Shown one piece after another: positions 10,490 through 20,326 of a stretch of DNA of 64,000 bases (position 1 is the first letter of the stretch; each line of letters begins with the position of its first letter). This DNA is from an uncultured Ignavibacteria bacterium (lineage in GTDB: Bacteria > Zixibacteria > MSB-5A5 > RBG-16-43-9), in NCBI GenBank assembly GCA_964570765.1, contig CAZMZF010000010.1, positions 19,345 through 83,344 on the forward strand. Reading direction: 5' to 3'. A program made the position numbers and the translations under genes. Below the pieces are notes generated by a model. The model saw only the letters and a program-made list of their open reading frames with translations. It was not told the origin of the DNA and made no database searches.

Positions 10490-11542
10490 ATGGCTTTAGG
10501 AAAAAAGGGAAGAACGGTAGCTGGGCTGGATATAGGTGCCAGCTCTATTAAGCTAATCAAGTTTGAAGAAAAAGGTGGGGCTTATATTTTGAGGGCTCTG
10601 GGAATCAGGGAGATTCCACCGAACGCAATTGTAGATGAGGAGATCAAGGATCGGGATACTTTGATCTATAACATTCAATCGTTAATCGATCAGTGTGATC
10701 CCAGGATAAAAGAGGTTGCTATAGCGGTAGCGGGACATGGGGTGTTGAATGACAAATTAACTATGGATAAGAAATCAGGTAGCGAAGCAGAACAGGCTAT
10801 CCTTTTTGAAGCTGAACAGAGAAGCCCTTTTGATGTAGACGATGTAAGTTTAGATTATCATATTATTAAGGTGAATGAGGATATCAATAAGATGGATGTC
10901 TTATTGGTAGCCGCTCGTAAAGATTTTCTAAAATCCTATATAGATTTAATCCTGGATGCCGGGCTAAAGCCGGTATTAGTGGATACCGAAACTTTAGCCT
11001 TGTTGAATGCTTATGAGATAAATTATGAGATAAATCCGGAAAAGGTGACCGTTTTAATAAATATTGGATTTGATACCATCAATTTGACTTTTATCAAAGA
11101 TGGAGTTTATAATTCTGCCAGGGATATTTCCTCTGGGACTCGTTTGATATACGAATCGATAATGAAGGAATTCCGTCTTAATCCGGAATTAGCTCAAAAA
11201 ACTCTTAAAGGAGAGATGGGGAACTCCATTGACCAGGATATGCTGAAAGCCACAGTGGTAACTTCATCTGAGGAGTTAATCTCCGGACTAGAAGTTGCTT
11301 TATCCTATTTCAAATCTTCAGCCAAGGTTTCCAATGTGGACTGGATAGTTATGAGTGGAGGAGGAACTTTAATTCCTTTCCTACCAGAGTTCATCCAGTC
11401 GAAGTTAAATATACAGGTGGAGATAGTTAATCCTTTAAGAAATATAGAATATGACCCAGATGTTTTCAGACAAGTCCAGCCGGAGAAAATAGCACCGCTT
11501 TTAACCATTGCGGTTGGATTAGCTGCAAGGAAGGTAAAGTAA
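10490..11542 (+). CDS. pilM: Type IV pilus assembly ATP-binding protein PilM
   Basis: Actin-like ATPase fold. N-terminal GLDIGASSIKLI. It has the expected size and the first position of a pilMNOPQ operon. Confidence 0.85.
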   Translation: MALGKKGRTVAGLDIGASSIKLIKFEEKGGAYILRALGIREIPPNAIVDEEIKDRDTLIYNIQSLIDQCDPRIKEVAIAVAGHGVLNDKLTMDKKSGSEAEQAILFEAEQRSPFDVDDVSLDYHIIKVNEDINKMDVLLVAARKDFLKSYIDLILDAGLKPVLVDTETLALLNAYEINYEINPEKVTVLINIGFDTINLTFIKDGVYNSARDISSGTRLIYESIMKEFRLNPELAQKTLKGEMGNSIDQDMLKATVVTSSEELISGLEVALSYFKSSAKVSNVDWIVMSGGGTLIPFLPEFIQSKLNIQVEIVNPLRNIEYDPDVFRQVQPEKIAPLLTIAVGLAARKVK

Positions 11543-11543
11543 G

Positions 11544-12245
11544 ATGATAGAGATAAATTTACTTCCCAAGGAGTTAAGAAAAAGAAGAGGGATATTTACT
11601 CTAAAGAAAAACACTGCCTATATTTTTGGCGCAGGAGGAGTATTAATTATCCTTCTGATCTTTATAAGTATCTTGCAAGGGATAAGGCTTCAAGGTTTAA
11701 ACCGTAAAATAGCTGAAGCTCAGAAAAGAAAAGAAGAGCTTAAAGAAAGTATACGGCTGGTGGATGCCCTGACCGAGCTTAAGTATAAGATCTTAATGCG
11801 CCTTTCCGCCATCGAGTCTCTGGATAAAGATCGCTCCACCTGGATTGACATTATGGAGGATTTAAGCTCAAGAGTTCCTGACTATCTATGGCTTTCTTCT
11901 TTTAAGGAGACTCCTCCAGTTGCCCCCACAGTGCCTAAGGTTCAGACAACAGAAGAAGGAGTAGTTGATACTGTTAAAGTGACTCAACCTCAAGCACCAC
12001 CAGTGTTAAGTCGAAAAGTCATCATTGAAGGTTACACCTTTTCTCTTAATAGCTTAGCTACTTTAATATTAAACCTGATGAGATCAAACTATTTTAATAA
12101 TATAGAGTTAAATTACGTGAAATTGGCTGAGCTGGAGAAGCAGAAAGCCTACAGCTTTCAGCTAACCAGTGACCTTTTCTATGCCAGCCAGATCGATACT
12201 CAGAAGGAGCTAGCATTAAATCAAACCGGGTTATCTTCCCCTTAA
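11544..12245 (+). CDS. pilN: Type IV pilus assembly protein PilN
   Basis: N-terminal IEINLLPKELR motif and a single TM helix followed by a coiled coil. The gene is translationally coupled to pilM. Confidence 0.75.
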   Translation: MIEINLLPKELRKRRGIFTLKKNTAYIFGAGGVLIILLIFISILQGIRLQGLNRKIAEAQKRKEELKESIRLVDALTELKYKILMRLSAIESLDKDRSTWIDIMEDLSSRVPDYLWLSSFKETPPVAPTVPKVQTTEEGVVDTVKVTQPQAPPVLSRKVIIEGYTFSLNSLATLILNLMRSNYFNNIELNYVKLAELEKQKAYSFQLTSDLFYASQIDTQKELALNQTGLSSP

Positions 12246-12276
12246 AAGGGGATTGGACAGTTTTTAGGAGGATGAA

Positions 12277-12867
12277 ATGGATTTAAAAGATCCAAAGATC
12301 CAAAAATTACTTTTGATAGCATTGGTCGCCTTTTTGGCAATTTATTTTTGGTATGCCAGGATTTATTCTCTGAATATTAGGAAAATAAACCAGAAACAAG
12401 CAGAATATGAGATGCTCCTTACCAATTTGAAAAACGTAGAGATGAAAGCCAAGAGTTTTCAAAACCTTAAAGCTGAATATGAAAGCCTACTTTCGAGATA
12501 TAAACAGGTGGAGCTGCTTTTACCTGAAGAAAAACAGATCCCCTTATTTTTAACCCAGTTGCAGGCGGCCTCTCAGAACTCAGAGGCTAAAATAATTCAG
12601 ATTTTACCTCAAGGCCTAATGCCAATTACTTTTTACAATGCCGCATATTTTGCTTTGGAGTTCAAAGGGAATTACGAGGATATAGGGACTTTTTTCGCCA
12701 GCGTAGCTAATTTCCCTTTTTTGACCAATATCACTGATGTCAGCTTTTCCGGCTTACCAAAAGATGAGGTGAAGAAGGAAAAGAGCACGATTGCAATTTC
12801 CTGTAAATTAACCACCTATTTTATAAAAGAAGAGGAAAAACTTAAGAAGGTAGAATTTCCAAAATAG
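12277..12867 (+). CDS. pilO: Type IV pilus assembly protein PilO
   Basis: Single TM, coiled coil and a PilO-like C-terminal domain. It holds the expected operon position. Confidence 0.65.
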   Translation: MDLKDPKIQKLLLIALVAFLAIYFWYARIYSLNIRKINQKQAEYEMLLTNLKNVEMKAKSFQNLKAEYESLLSRYKQVELLLPEEKQIPLFLTQLQAASQNSEAKIIQILPQGLMPITFYNAAYFALEFKGNYEDIGTFFASVANFPFLTNITDVSFSGLPKDEVKKEKSTIAISCKLTTYFIKEEEKLKKVEFPK

Positions 12868-12876
12868 GAAAATTCT

Positions 12877-14064
12877 ATGAAACAGAATAAGCTCTGGTTT
12901 GGAATTTTAATTAGTGTAATATTTTTACTGAGTCCTTTTTCTCTCCTTTGGGCAGAAAGCAATATTCAGAACATTACTCTCCAAAGGGAAGGAGACTATA
13001 CTAAGATAACCATCTTAGCGGATGCACCTTTTCAATTTAATCATTTTATTGAGGAGAAAAAAGAAGGAAAGCCTTATCGGATTGTGATCGACTGTTTAAA
13101 TGCGGTTAATTCTCTACCTCAAGGTAAGTTTTTGCAAATTCCTTCAGGAGTGATAACCGCTATCCGTACCAGTCAATATCAAACCTCTCCGGATAAGATC
13201 TGTCGGATTGTTCTGGACCTCAAAAATCCAGTGGTCTATAAGGTGATAGAGGAGAATGGGAAAAAGGGTGTCATATTGGCTCTTTCAACTCCTCAGGAAC
13301 CAGTTTATCCTTTGTGGAGTGCAGTTCAGGAAAAATCAGTAAAAAGCGGGCAAAAAACAACTGAATCAATTGAAACTAAAACAGTCGCAAAGGTCAGCCA
13401 GTCCGAATCTGAATCCAAAGTTGTGGAGAAACCCACAAAAACTATTACTGCTTCAAAAGAAAAATCTATAGAGAAACCTAAAAAAGAGTTAGCCGTTTCA
13501 ACCGAAAAAGAGAAAGAAATAAAGCTTTCTCAAAAAACAGAAGTTACTCCCTCTGAGAAAGTGAAAGCACCGGATAAACCTGTTCCACCGGTAAAAAAAG
13601 AAGAGCAGAAAGAAATACCTGCGACAACAGAACAGCAGAAAGTTACCGAATCTAAAAAGATAGAAGTTGCAGCGATAGATACCCTGAAGAAAGAGCCTTC
13701 AGTAAATATAGCGGGTAAAGTAATAGAAGAAGTTCCAAAGAGAAAAATACTGGTCTATCATAGCGGGGAAAGAAAAGATCCCTTTTCTCCTTTAACCGAG
13801 AAAAAGAATTTCTCAATGGGTGCAGTTCCTCTTCCCAGCATTGAGGAGCTTAAATTAGTGGGTATCTTAGAGGATCATAATGGGTTTAAAGCACTTTTAG
13901 AAAATGAACTGGGCTACGGTTATATTTTACAGCCAGGGGATAGGATAAGAAATGGATCTGTAGTTTCCATAGATAAAGAAAGGATAATCTTTCAAATCCA
14001 GGAATATGGATTTACCAAAAATATAGCTTTAGAACTTTTCACACCTAATCAGGAAGAGAGGTAG
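12877..14064 (+). CDS. pilP: PilP-like lipoprotein with an N-terminal AMIN domain and a long K/E-rich linker
   Basis: Signal peptide. AMIN-like segment (ITLQREGDYTKITILADAPF...YRIVIDCLNA). About 150 aa of low-complexity linker. C-terminal PilP-like fold (RKDPFSPL...LKLVGILEDHNGFKALLE...QPGDRI). Confidence 0.6.
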   Translation: MKQNKLWFGILISVIFLLSPFSLLWAESNIQNITLQREGDYTKITILADAPFQFNHFIEEKKEGKPYRIVIDCLNAVNSLPQGKFLQIPSGVITAIRTSQYQTSPDKICRIVLDLKNPVVYKVIEENGKKGVILALSTPQEPVYPLWSAVQEKSVKSGQKTTESIETKTVAKVSQSESESKVVEKPTKTITASKEKSIEKPKKELAVSTEKEKEIKLSQKTEVTPSEKVKAPDKPVPPVKKEEQKEIPATTEQQKVTESKKIEVAAIDTLKKEPSVNIAGKVIEEVPKRKILVYHSGERKDPFSPLTEKKNFSMGAVPLPSIEELKLVGILEDHNGFKALLENELGYGYILQPGDRIRNGSVVSIDKERIIFQIQEYGFTKNIALELFTPNQEER

Positions 14065-14069
14065 ATTTT

Positions 14070-15392
14070 ATGTGGAATAATAATTTGAAGCTCAGAAAAT
14101 TAGTCTTTCTTATCACAGCGTGGCTTTTTATTTTCTTTGCTCTCCAGGCTTTAGGACAGCAGGAGAAGGTTTTGAAGTCGCTTACCCTGCAGAATGCAGA
14201 GGTTCATTCGGTTATGAGCTTCTTAGCTGAAGAGGGTAGAACCAATATAGTTGTCGCTCCTTCAGTATCGGGAACTGTTACCTTGAGTCTAAAAGGTGTT
14301 ACCTGGAGGCAGGCTTTAGAGATAATCACCAAAACTTACAATTTAGCTACCATAGAGGAACCAGGTTACATCAGAGTGCTTCCCTTGCAGGATTATCTCA
14401 ATGAGTTAACCATTACCCAGAAACATCAAGCTGATCAGAAAACCTTGGTCACCCTGCAAACCGATATAATCTCCGTAAAAAATGGAACAGCCGCTGATTT
14501 GATTAAACCTCTTAAAGCCTCTCTTTCCGAAAGAGGGACCGTGGATGTAGATCAAAGAACGAACTCTCTTATCGTCCGGGATATCCCTGAAAATGTTGCC
14601 CGGGCAAAAGAAATGGTTAAGGCCTTAGATAAAGAAACAGACCAGATAAAGATATCTGCTCAACTTTTAGAAGTGGAAACAGGAACATTAAATGAATTAG
14701 GAATTGACTGGTCAGTCATTCCGAGTTTAAAGGGAAGTGCTGATGGGACCATACATAGTGAAATGGAAATCAATCAGAAAGGGAACCAGCTCGTAGATGA
14801 GGATAAGATTGGTAACTTTACCTACAGTACTGTTCAAAAGGATTTTAACCTGGATGCAACCGTCTCAGCTATGGTAAAAAGCAATAAAGCCAAGATCGTA
14901 GCTCATCCTGAGATTACCACTTTGGATAACAAAGAGGCTTTTATCCAGATGGGTCAAAAGGTTCCTATCAAACAATTTGATGCCTCCGGAAATACAGTAA
15001 TAACCTTCGTTGAGGTCGGAACTATCTTAAAGGTTGTTCCTCACATTACCTCGGAAGGAAGAATATTGATGAAACTAAGACCGGAGAGGAGCTCTTATCA
15101 GTATGACGCCAATGGTGTGATTATCAATACAAATAATGCCGAGACCAACGTAGTGGTGGATGATGGGCAGACCGCAGTGATCGGAGGATTAACCACCCAG
15201 GAAGAGACAAAACTCCAGAAAGGTATTCCAATCCTTAAGAACATTCCGTTGTTAGGATACCTATTCAGCTACACTAAAAAAGAAGTAGTGAATCATGATT
15301 TAGTTATATTTGTTACTCCAACTATAGTTACTAATGAGTTAAAGGGATTAAAGTCCAGCATGGATACAGGAGTAGGGGCTAAGACCGAATAA
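14070..15392 (+). CDS. pilQ: Type IV pilus secretin PilQ, a short form without AMIN domains
   Basis: Signal peptide and secretin N-domains. Canonical secretin C-terminal domain (VIGGLTTQEETKLQKGIPILKNIPLLGYLF...VIFVTPTIV). Confidence 0.85.
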   Translation: MWNNNLKLRKLVFLITAWLFIFFALQALGQQEKVLKSLTLQNAEVHSVMSFLAEEGRTNIVVAPSVSGTVTLSLKGVTWRQALEIITKTYNLATIEEPGYIRVLPLQDYLNELTITQKHQADQKTLVTLQTDIISVKNGTAADLIKPLKASLSERGTVDVDQRTNSLIVRDIPENVARAKEMVKALDKETDQIKISAQLLEVETGTLNELGIDWSVIPSLKGSADGTIHSEMEINQKGNQLVDEDKIGNFTYSTVQKDFNLDATVSAMVKSNKAKIVAHPEITTLDNKEAFIQMGQKVPIKQFDASGNTVITFVEVGTILKVVPHITSEGRILMKLRPERSSYQYDANGVIINTNNAETNVVVDDGQTAVIGGLTTQEETKLQKGIPILKNIPLLGYLFSYTKKEVVNHDLVIFVTPTIVTNELKGLKSSMDTGVGAKTE

Positions 15393-15415
15393 GACCTAAA
15401 GCCATCTTATTTCTA

Positions 15416-15457
15416 AAGGCTTCCTTCTTGAGAGGGAAGCCTTTTTATTTTTTTTTC
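15416..15457 (+). terminator. Rho-independent terminator after pilQ. A second hairpin with a T-tract follows at about 15461-15496.
   Basis: GC-rich hairpin aaggcttcc-ttcttgaga-gggaagcctt followed by tttttattttttttt. Confidence 0.6.
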
Positions 15458-16043
15458 GTAGGGGAGGAGCTTGTCCCCTCCCGCTTTTTTATTGATGCAT
15501 AAATATTAGGGAATGCCGATGCAATTTGAATTTTAGCTTCGGGAATTCTCCCCGTAGAGGATCTTGAGACTATTCCCGAAGTATCAGAAAGAGCAAGGGA
15601 GGGGCTTGTTAATCCTTGCGAAATCCCGTTTTACAAAGTCCTTTTCCATTCATCCTGTCATTGCCAGGAGTCTCCCACCTTGGTTGGGGGACGACGAAGC
15701 AATTCCCTCAGTTCGTAGGGCGAGGCCTCAAGGTATTGTCCGCCAGAGGCGGATTAGCCTTGCCTTTGCGACCCTGAAAGGGTCGCGCTACGAAAGCTTA
15801 AGATCAAACGGATTGATTAATCTTTAGCCTTCGAAGAAAAATGAGTATAGAGTCACTTTCAAAAAGTCTACTCTTGATTTATTAAGTTGAATGCTAACTT
15901 ATCAATAATAAGTAAACAAATTATCAATTTGTCAATTAAAAAGTCCCCAATTTTTATTGACAAGTTTCTTATTATATACTAAATTGGTTTAGTTTTAAAA
16001 CTCTTTTTCCGCAGGATCCAAATTTGGACCGGAGGTTAAGGAA

Positions 16044-17123
16044 TTGAACTATGCAGTGATTTTAGCTGGGGGGAAGGGGGAGAGGTTCTGGCCTCTTTCC
16101 CGGGTAGGGCGCCCCAAACAACTGTTAGAGATAACCTCAAATAAAACCATGCTCCAGGAAACTATTGATCGGGTAAGCGACTTTATTACCATAGAGAAAA
16201 CCCTCATTGTTACTGGAGAAAATTTAAAAGATATTATACTGGATAAGGTTAAACTGTTGAAGGAGAATAACCTCTTAATTGAGCCAGAGGTCAGGAATAC
16301 CTGTCTGGCTATAGGAGTTGCGGCAGTTCATCTTAAAAACATCAATCCTTCTGCTACAATGATAGTCCTATCCTCTGACCACTATATTCAGAGCAAAGAG
16401 AAGTTGCAAAAAGTGTTAAAAGTTGGCTCAGAAGTGGCCAATCAAGGAGAATATCTCATAACCATAGGTATAATCCCTACGAGAGCTGAGACAGCTTACG
16501 GATATATTGAGTTTTCAGACCTCTTTACTACTATAGAAGACATACCGGTTTACCGGATTAACCGTTTTAAGGAGAAGCCAAACCGCATGACAGCTCAGAA
16601 ATATTATTATGATCGAAAACATCTCTGGAACAGCGGTATATTTATCTGGACTGCAGATACAATCCTTAAAACATTGCAAAGACATATGCCTGATCTTTAT
16701 CGTGAATTAGATCTATATGCTAAGGAGATAGGTACAAAGAATCAGGTGCAGGCACTGAGAACCTTATATTCAAAAGCTGAAAATATCTCTATCGATTGTG
16801 CAGTTCTGGAAAAAGCAGATAATGTTTTGACCATAAAAGCGGATTTAATCTGGGACGATATCGGTTCCTGGTTGGCTTTAGAACGGATTAAGGAAAGAGA
16901 TCGGGAGAATAATGTGATCATAGGAAAAGCGCAAGTGACAAGCACGTATGAAACCACCATCGTCAATGATGGGCCAGGTATAATCGCAACCTTAGGGGTT
17001 TCTGATCTGGTTATCGTTAGAACCGGTGATATTGTTTTTGTAGCCCATAAGACCAAAGCTCAGGATATTAAAGAATTACTTCAGAAGTTTGCCTCAGATA
17101 AAAATATGGGTGAATATCTCTAA
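16044..17123 (+). CDS. manC: Mannose-1-phosphate guanylyltransferase / sugar-phosphate nucleotidyltransferase
   Basis: N-terminal ILAGGKGERFWPLS nucleotidyltransferase motif plus a C-terminal left-handed beta-helix region. Confidence 0.75.
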   Translation: MNYAVILAGGKGERFWPLSRVGRPKQLLEITSNKTMLQETIDRVSDFITIEKTLIVTGENLKDIILDKVKLLKENNLLIEPEVRNTCLAIGVAAVHLKNINPSATMIVLSSDHYIQSKEKLQKVLKVGSEVANQGEYLITIGIIPTRAETAYGYIEFSDLFTTIEDIPVYRINRFKEKPNRMTAQKYYYDRKHLWNSGIFIWTADTILKTLQRHMPDLYRELDLYAKEIGTKNQVQALRTLYSKAENISIDCAVLEKADNVLTIKADLIWDDIGSWLALERIKERDRENNVIIGKAQVTSTYETTIVNDGPGIIATLGVSDLVIVRTGDIVFVAHKTKAQDIKELLQKFASDKNMGEYL

Positions 17124-17796
17124 AGACCAGTTTATTTCTGCGGTGAAAAAAACTGAGATTTTAAAGCTCTATAAGGAAAAACAGCTAAAGAAAATACTCC
17201 GCCAGGCAACCGAGGTTATTAAAAAAGGTGGGGTGGTAGCATTTCCCACAGAAACAGTTTATGCCTTAGGGGCAGACGCAATGAACAAGGATGCCGTGAA
17301 AAAGATTTTCCGTTTAAAAAAAAGAGAAGCTAACAAACCAATTGCCATCTTTCTTTTAAAACCGGAAGAGTTGAGCAAATTCGTTAAGGTTGTAACTTCT
17401 CCAGCTAAAAGATTGATGAAAAATTTTTGGCCCGGACCTTTAACTTTAATCTTTAAATCAAAACCTGGAAAGCTTACTCATCTGATCGGGAAGGAGGAGA
17501 AAATAGGGATAAGGGTTTCTTCTTCAAAGATAGTCCAATCTCTTCTACGCCAAACCAGAACACTTCTTACCGCCACCAGCGCTAATTTGTCAGGACTAAA
17601 AGGATCGCTTTCCGCTTTTGAAGTCTTAGAAGATTTTGGCGGGAAAATAGCGCTTATCTTAGATGGAGGTCCTTCAGAGGAAGTTGCTCCCTCAAGCGTA
17701 GTTGATGTCTGCGGAGATGTGCCAATTCTAATTAGAGAAGGGCGTATTTCTTTTGAGGAAATAAAAAAAGTAGCTCCTGAGTCAAAAAGAAAATAA
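17089..17796 (+). CDS. tsaC: L-threonylcarbamoyladenylate synthase (YrdC/Sua5 family). The start codon is uncertain because the ORF overlaps the manC end.
   Basis: YrdC domain motifs GGVVAFPTETVYALGADA and the KKIFRLKKR..KPIAIF pattern. Confidence 0.75.
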   Translation: MPQIKIWVNISKDQFISAVKKTEILKLYKEKQLKKILRQATEVIKKGGVVAFPTETVYALGADAMNKDAVKKIFRLKKREANKPIAIFLLKPEELSKFVKVVTSPAKRLMKNFWPGPLTLIFKSKPGKLTHLIGKEEKIGIRVSSSKIVQSLLRQTRTLLTATSANLSGLKGSLSAFEVLEDFGGKIALILDGGPSEEVAPSSVVDVCGDVPILIREGRISFEEIKKVAPESKRK

Positions 17797-17813
17797 TAAA
17801 TTGCACAATAGAT

Positions 17814-18323
17814 ATGGAAAACAAGAAATCTGAATTTAAAATTTTATTGGTCTGCACTGGAAATACCTGTCGCAGCCCAATGGCAGAAGGGATCTTAAAA
17901 AAAATCTTAGTTGAAAGAGGAATAGATGATATAAGGGTGAGCTCAGCCGGAACTTCTGCTCTGGACGGTTACCCGGCTGCATTATTTACAATCGAAGCTA
18001 CAAAAGTCTGGGATATAGATTTAAAGGAGCATTACTCCAGAAAACTTATTCTGGATATGTTGAAAGAATCAGACCTGATCCTGGTTATGTCTAAAGAACA
18101 TTTAAAACATATCGAGAAGATGGATCGAAGATCTTTGGAGAAAAGTTATCTGCTGAAAGCTTTTCCTCTTAAAAATGAAGATGATAATTTAGCCATTAAA
18201 GACCCGATTGGCTGTTCCTTAGAAGAATATAACCAATGTTTTTTGGAATTAGATGAGGAGATTAAGAGAATCCTTCCTGAAATTATCAAGCTCTACGAGA
18301 AAAAAAATGAGAAAGAAGAATAA
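17814..18323 (+). CDS. Low-molecular-weight protein tyrosine phosphatase
   Basis: CX5R P-loop (LLVCTGNTCRSPMAEG) and the expected size of about 160 aa. Confidence 0.8.
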   Translation: MENKKSEFKILLVCTGNTCRSPMAEGILKKILVERGIDDIRVSSAGTSALDGYPAALFTIEATKVWDIDLKEHYSRKLILDMLKESDLILVMSKEHLKHIEKMDRRSLEKSYLLKAFPLKNEDDNLAIKDPIGCSLEEYNQCFLELDEEIKRILPEIIKLYEKKNEKEE

Positions 18324-19257
18324 AACTTCTATTCTTGTAGAATCCGTTATTCTATCTTTACTTTTAATTCTCATCTTTATACCAGAATCTTTTAAGGATA
18401 TGGAAGCTCAAGAGGTTAAAGGAGAAAATTCAGAATTGAAAGATACTCTTAGATTGAGAGATACTCTCATGGAAACTCAAGAAGTCGAGAGAGAAAGCTT
18501 AGGCTTGATCGATACTCTTAAGTTTAAAGATACCCTTTCGGTTCCTATGGTGAAGGACACTTTAAAAACAGAAAGGAAAGTAACTAACCTTTCATTTGGA
18601 GTAGGGGAAAAGTTAGAGTTTAAAGTCAGGTGGGGACCTATCAAAGCCGGTAATGCAACTATGGAGATAACCGAAACCATAGAATTCCAGGGGAAAAAAT
18701 GTTTCAGAGTTGTCTCCACCGCTGGATCTAGTAAGTTCTTCTCCGCTTTCTTTAAGGTTAGAGATCGCGTGGAATCTTATATAGATAAAGAGGGACTTTA
18801 TTCACTCCATTTTGAAAAACATATAAGGGAGGGTAAATTCAAAGCAGATAAATTTGTGGATTTTGATCAACAAAATCATTTAGCCATAGCCGGAAATGAT
18901 ACCATACCGGTCCCGCCTTTTGTTCAGGATGTTCTCTCAGCATTATATTATGTTCGAACTCAGCAGTTAGAGGTAGGAAAATCTTTATTTGTGGACAATC
19001 ACACGGATAAAAAAAACTACCCTTTAGAGGTGAAAGTTTTAAAAAAAGAAAGAGTAGAAGTGGATGCTGGGACTTTCGATTGCCTGGTGGTTCAGCCAAT
19101 CCTGCAGGCGGCAGGAGTTTTTGAGCAGAAAGGTACCTTAACTGTCTGGCTAACTGATGACCAGAAGAAAATGCCAGTTCAGATGAAAAGCAAGGTTGCT
19201 ATCGGCTCCATAACCACAGAGCTTAAAGATTATCGTCTGGGAAGGGCAGGAGAATAA
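18307..19257 (+). CDS. Hypothetical exported protein, DUF3108-like. I preferred the ATG at 18307 over the ORF-track start at 18253.
   Basis: N-terminal TM/signal region. Beta-rich domain resembling DUF3108 (LEFKVRWGPIKAGNATMEI). Confidence 0.4.
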   Translation: MRKKNKTSILVESVILSLLLILIFIPESFKDMEAQEVKGENSELKDTLRLRDTLMETQEVERESLGLIDTLKFKDTLSVPMVKDTLKTERKVTNLSFGVGEKLEFKVRWGPIKAGNATMEITETIEFQGKKCFRVVSTAGSSKFFSAFFKVRDRVESYIDKEGLYSLHFEKHIREGKFKADKFVDFDQQNHLAIAGNDTIPVPPFVQDVLSALYYVRTQQLEVGKSLFVDNHTDKKNYPLEVKVLKKERVEVDAGTFDCLVVQPILQAAGVFEQKGTLTVWLTDDQKKMPVQMKSKVAIGSITTELKDYRLGRAGE

Positions 19258-19262
19258 TAAAA

Positions 19263-20210
19263 ATGTCTCTTTATAAGCAAATCGATCTTACTAAGATCAA
19301 AACTATTTCCATCTCAGTAAGAAAAAGTAAATCTCTGGTGAAAGACTTTGCACAACCAACCTCCAATATGGAAGGTATAGAGGATTTTTTGATTAGATTA
19401 CCCAACTACTTGAAATCCAACGACTTCAAGGCATTACTTAAAGCTATTAATCAAGCTAAAATAAAAAACAAGCCCGTGATTTTTATGTTCGGAGCTCATA
19501 TAGTCAAATTAGGACTTTCACCAATTGTAATAGATTTGATGAAAAACAAGTTTATCAGTTTTCTTTCAACCAATGGAGCAGGAGCAATCCATGATTTCGA
19601 AATAGCAGTTTGGGGAAAAACATCTGAGCAGGTAGAAGAAGGTTTAAAAAAGGGGAGTTTTGGGATGGTAGAGGAAACCTCCAGGCTATTTAATCAGATT
19701 TCAAAATATGCGGTTAAAACCGACCAGGGATTAGGTGAGAGCACAGGCGAGTATCTGATCAAGAACAAAGCTAAGTTCAGAAAATATAGCCTTCTTGCCA
19801 CAGCTCATCAGTTAAAAATTCCGGTTACCGTACATATAGGTATAGGGACAGATATCGTTCATCAATCCCCGTATTTTGACCCGGCTGCAACCGGTGAAGC
19901 TACTTTTACTGATTTTAAAATCTTAGCGGACGAGCTCTCAAGATTAAATAATGGCGGCGTAGTTCTGCATTTTGGCTCAGCCGTAATCCTTCCTGAAGTT
20001 TTTCTAAAAGCTTTATCCGTAGCACGCAACATTAAAGGGAAGGTGGAAAATTTCACCACTGCTAATTTCGATATGATCCAGCATTATCGTCCTAATATGA
20101 ACGTGGTCTTAAGGCCTACTCAAAATAGTGGCAAGGGATACTCTTTTACCGGTCACCACGAGATTATGTTGCCTCTTTTAGCCTGGTCTTTAAAAGGAAG
20201 TGAGAAGTGA
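19263..20210 (+). CDS. Deoxyhypusine synthase-family (DHS-like) protein
   Basis: Collinear similarity to the DHS core. IFMFGAHIVKLG...STNGAGAIHDFE lines up with IFLGYTSNLISSG...TTAGGVEED. IPVTVHIGIGTD lines up with IPVFSPALTDGS. GVVLHFGSAV lines up with GMIILGGGVV. Confidence 0.5.
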   Translation: MSLYKQIDLTKIKTISISVRKSKSLVKDFAQPTSNMEGIEDFLIRLPNYLKSNDFKALLKAINQAKIKNKPVIFMFGAHIVKLGLSPIVIDLMKNKFISFLSTNGAGAIHDFEIAVWGKTSEQVEEGLKKGSFGMVEETSRLFNQISKYAVKTDQGLGESTGEYLIKNKAKFRKYSLLATAHQLKIPVTVHIGIGTDIVHQSPYFDPAATGEATFTDFKILADELSRLNNGGVVLHFGSAVILPEVFLKALSVARNIKGKVENFTTANFDMIQHYRPNMNVVLRPTQNSGKGYSFTGHHEIMLPLLAWSLKGSEK

Positions 20211-20326
20211 GACGTAAAATGTGAGAAGAGATAAACTGGAGTGTAAAACTTTAGTTTTACCGGTATAATTCTAATAAACCTTAAGGTTTATACTCCATTC
20301 GAAAATAAAAAGGAAAGGATATTAGA

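Noticed and set aside
15564-15827. An 87-aa ORF in the pilQ-manC spacer.
   Set aside because: R/P/S-rich composition, no RBS, and it lies within a GC-rich palindromic non-coding region. It is most likely not protein-coding.
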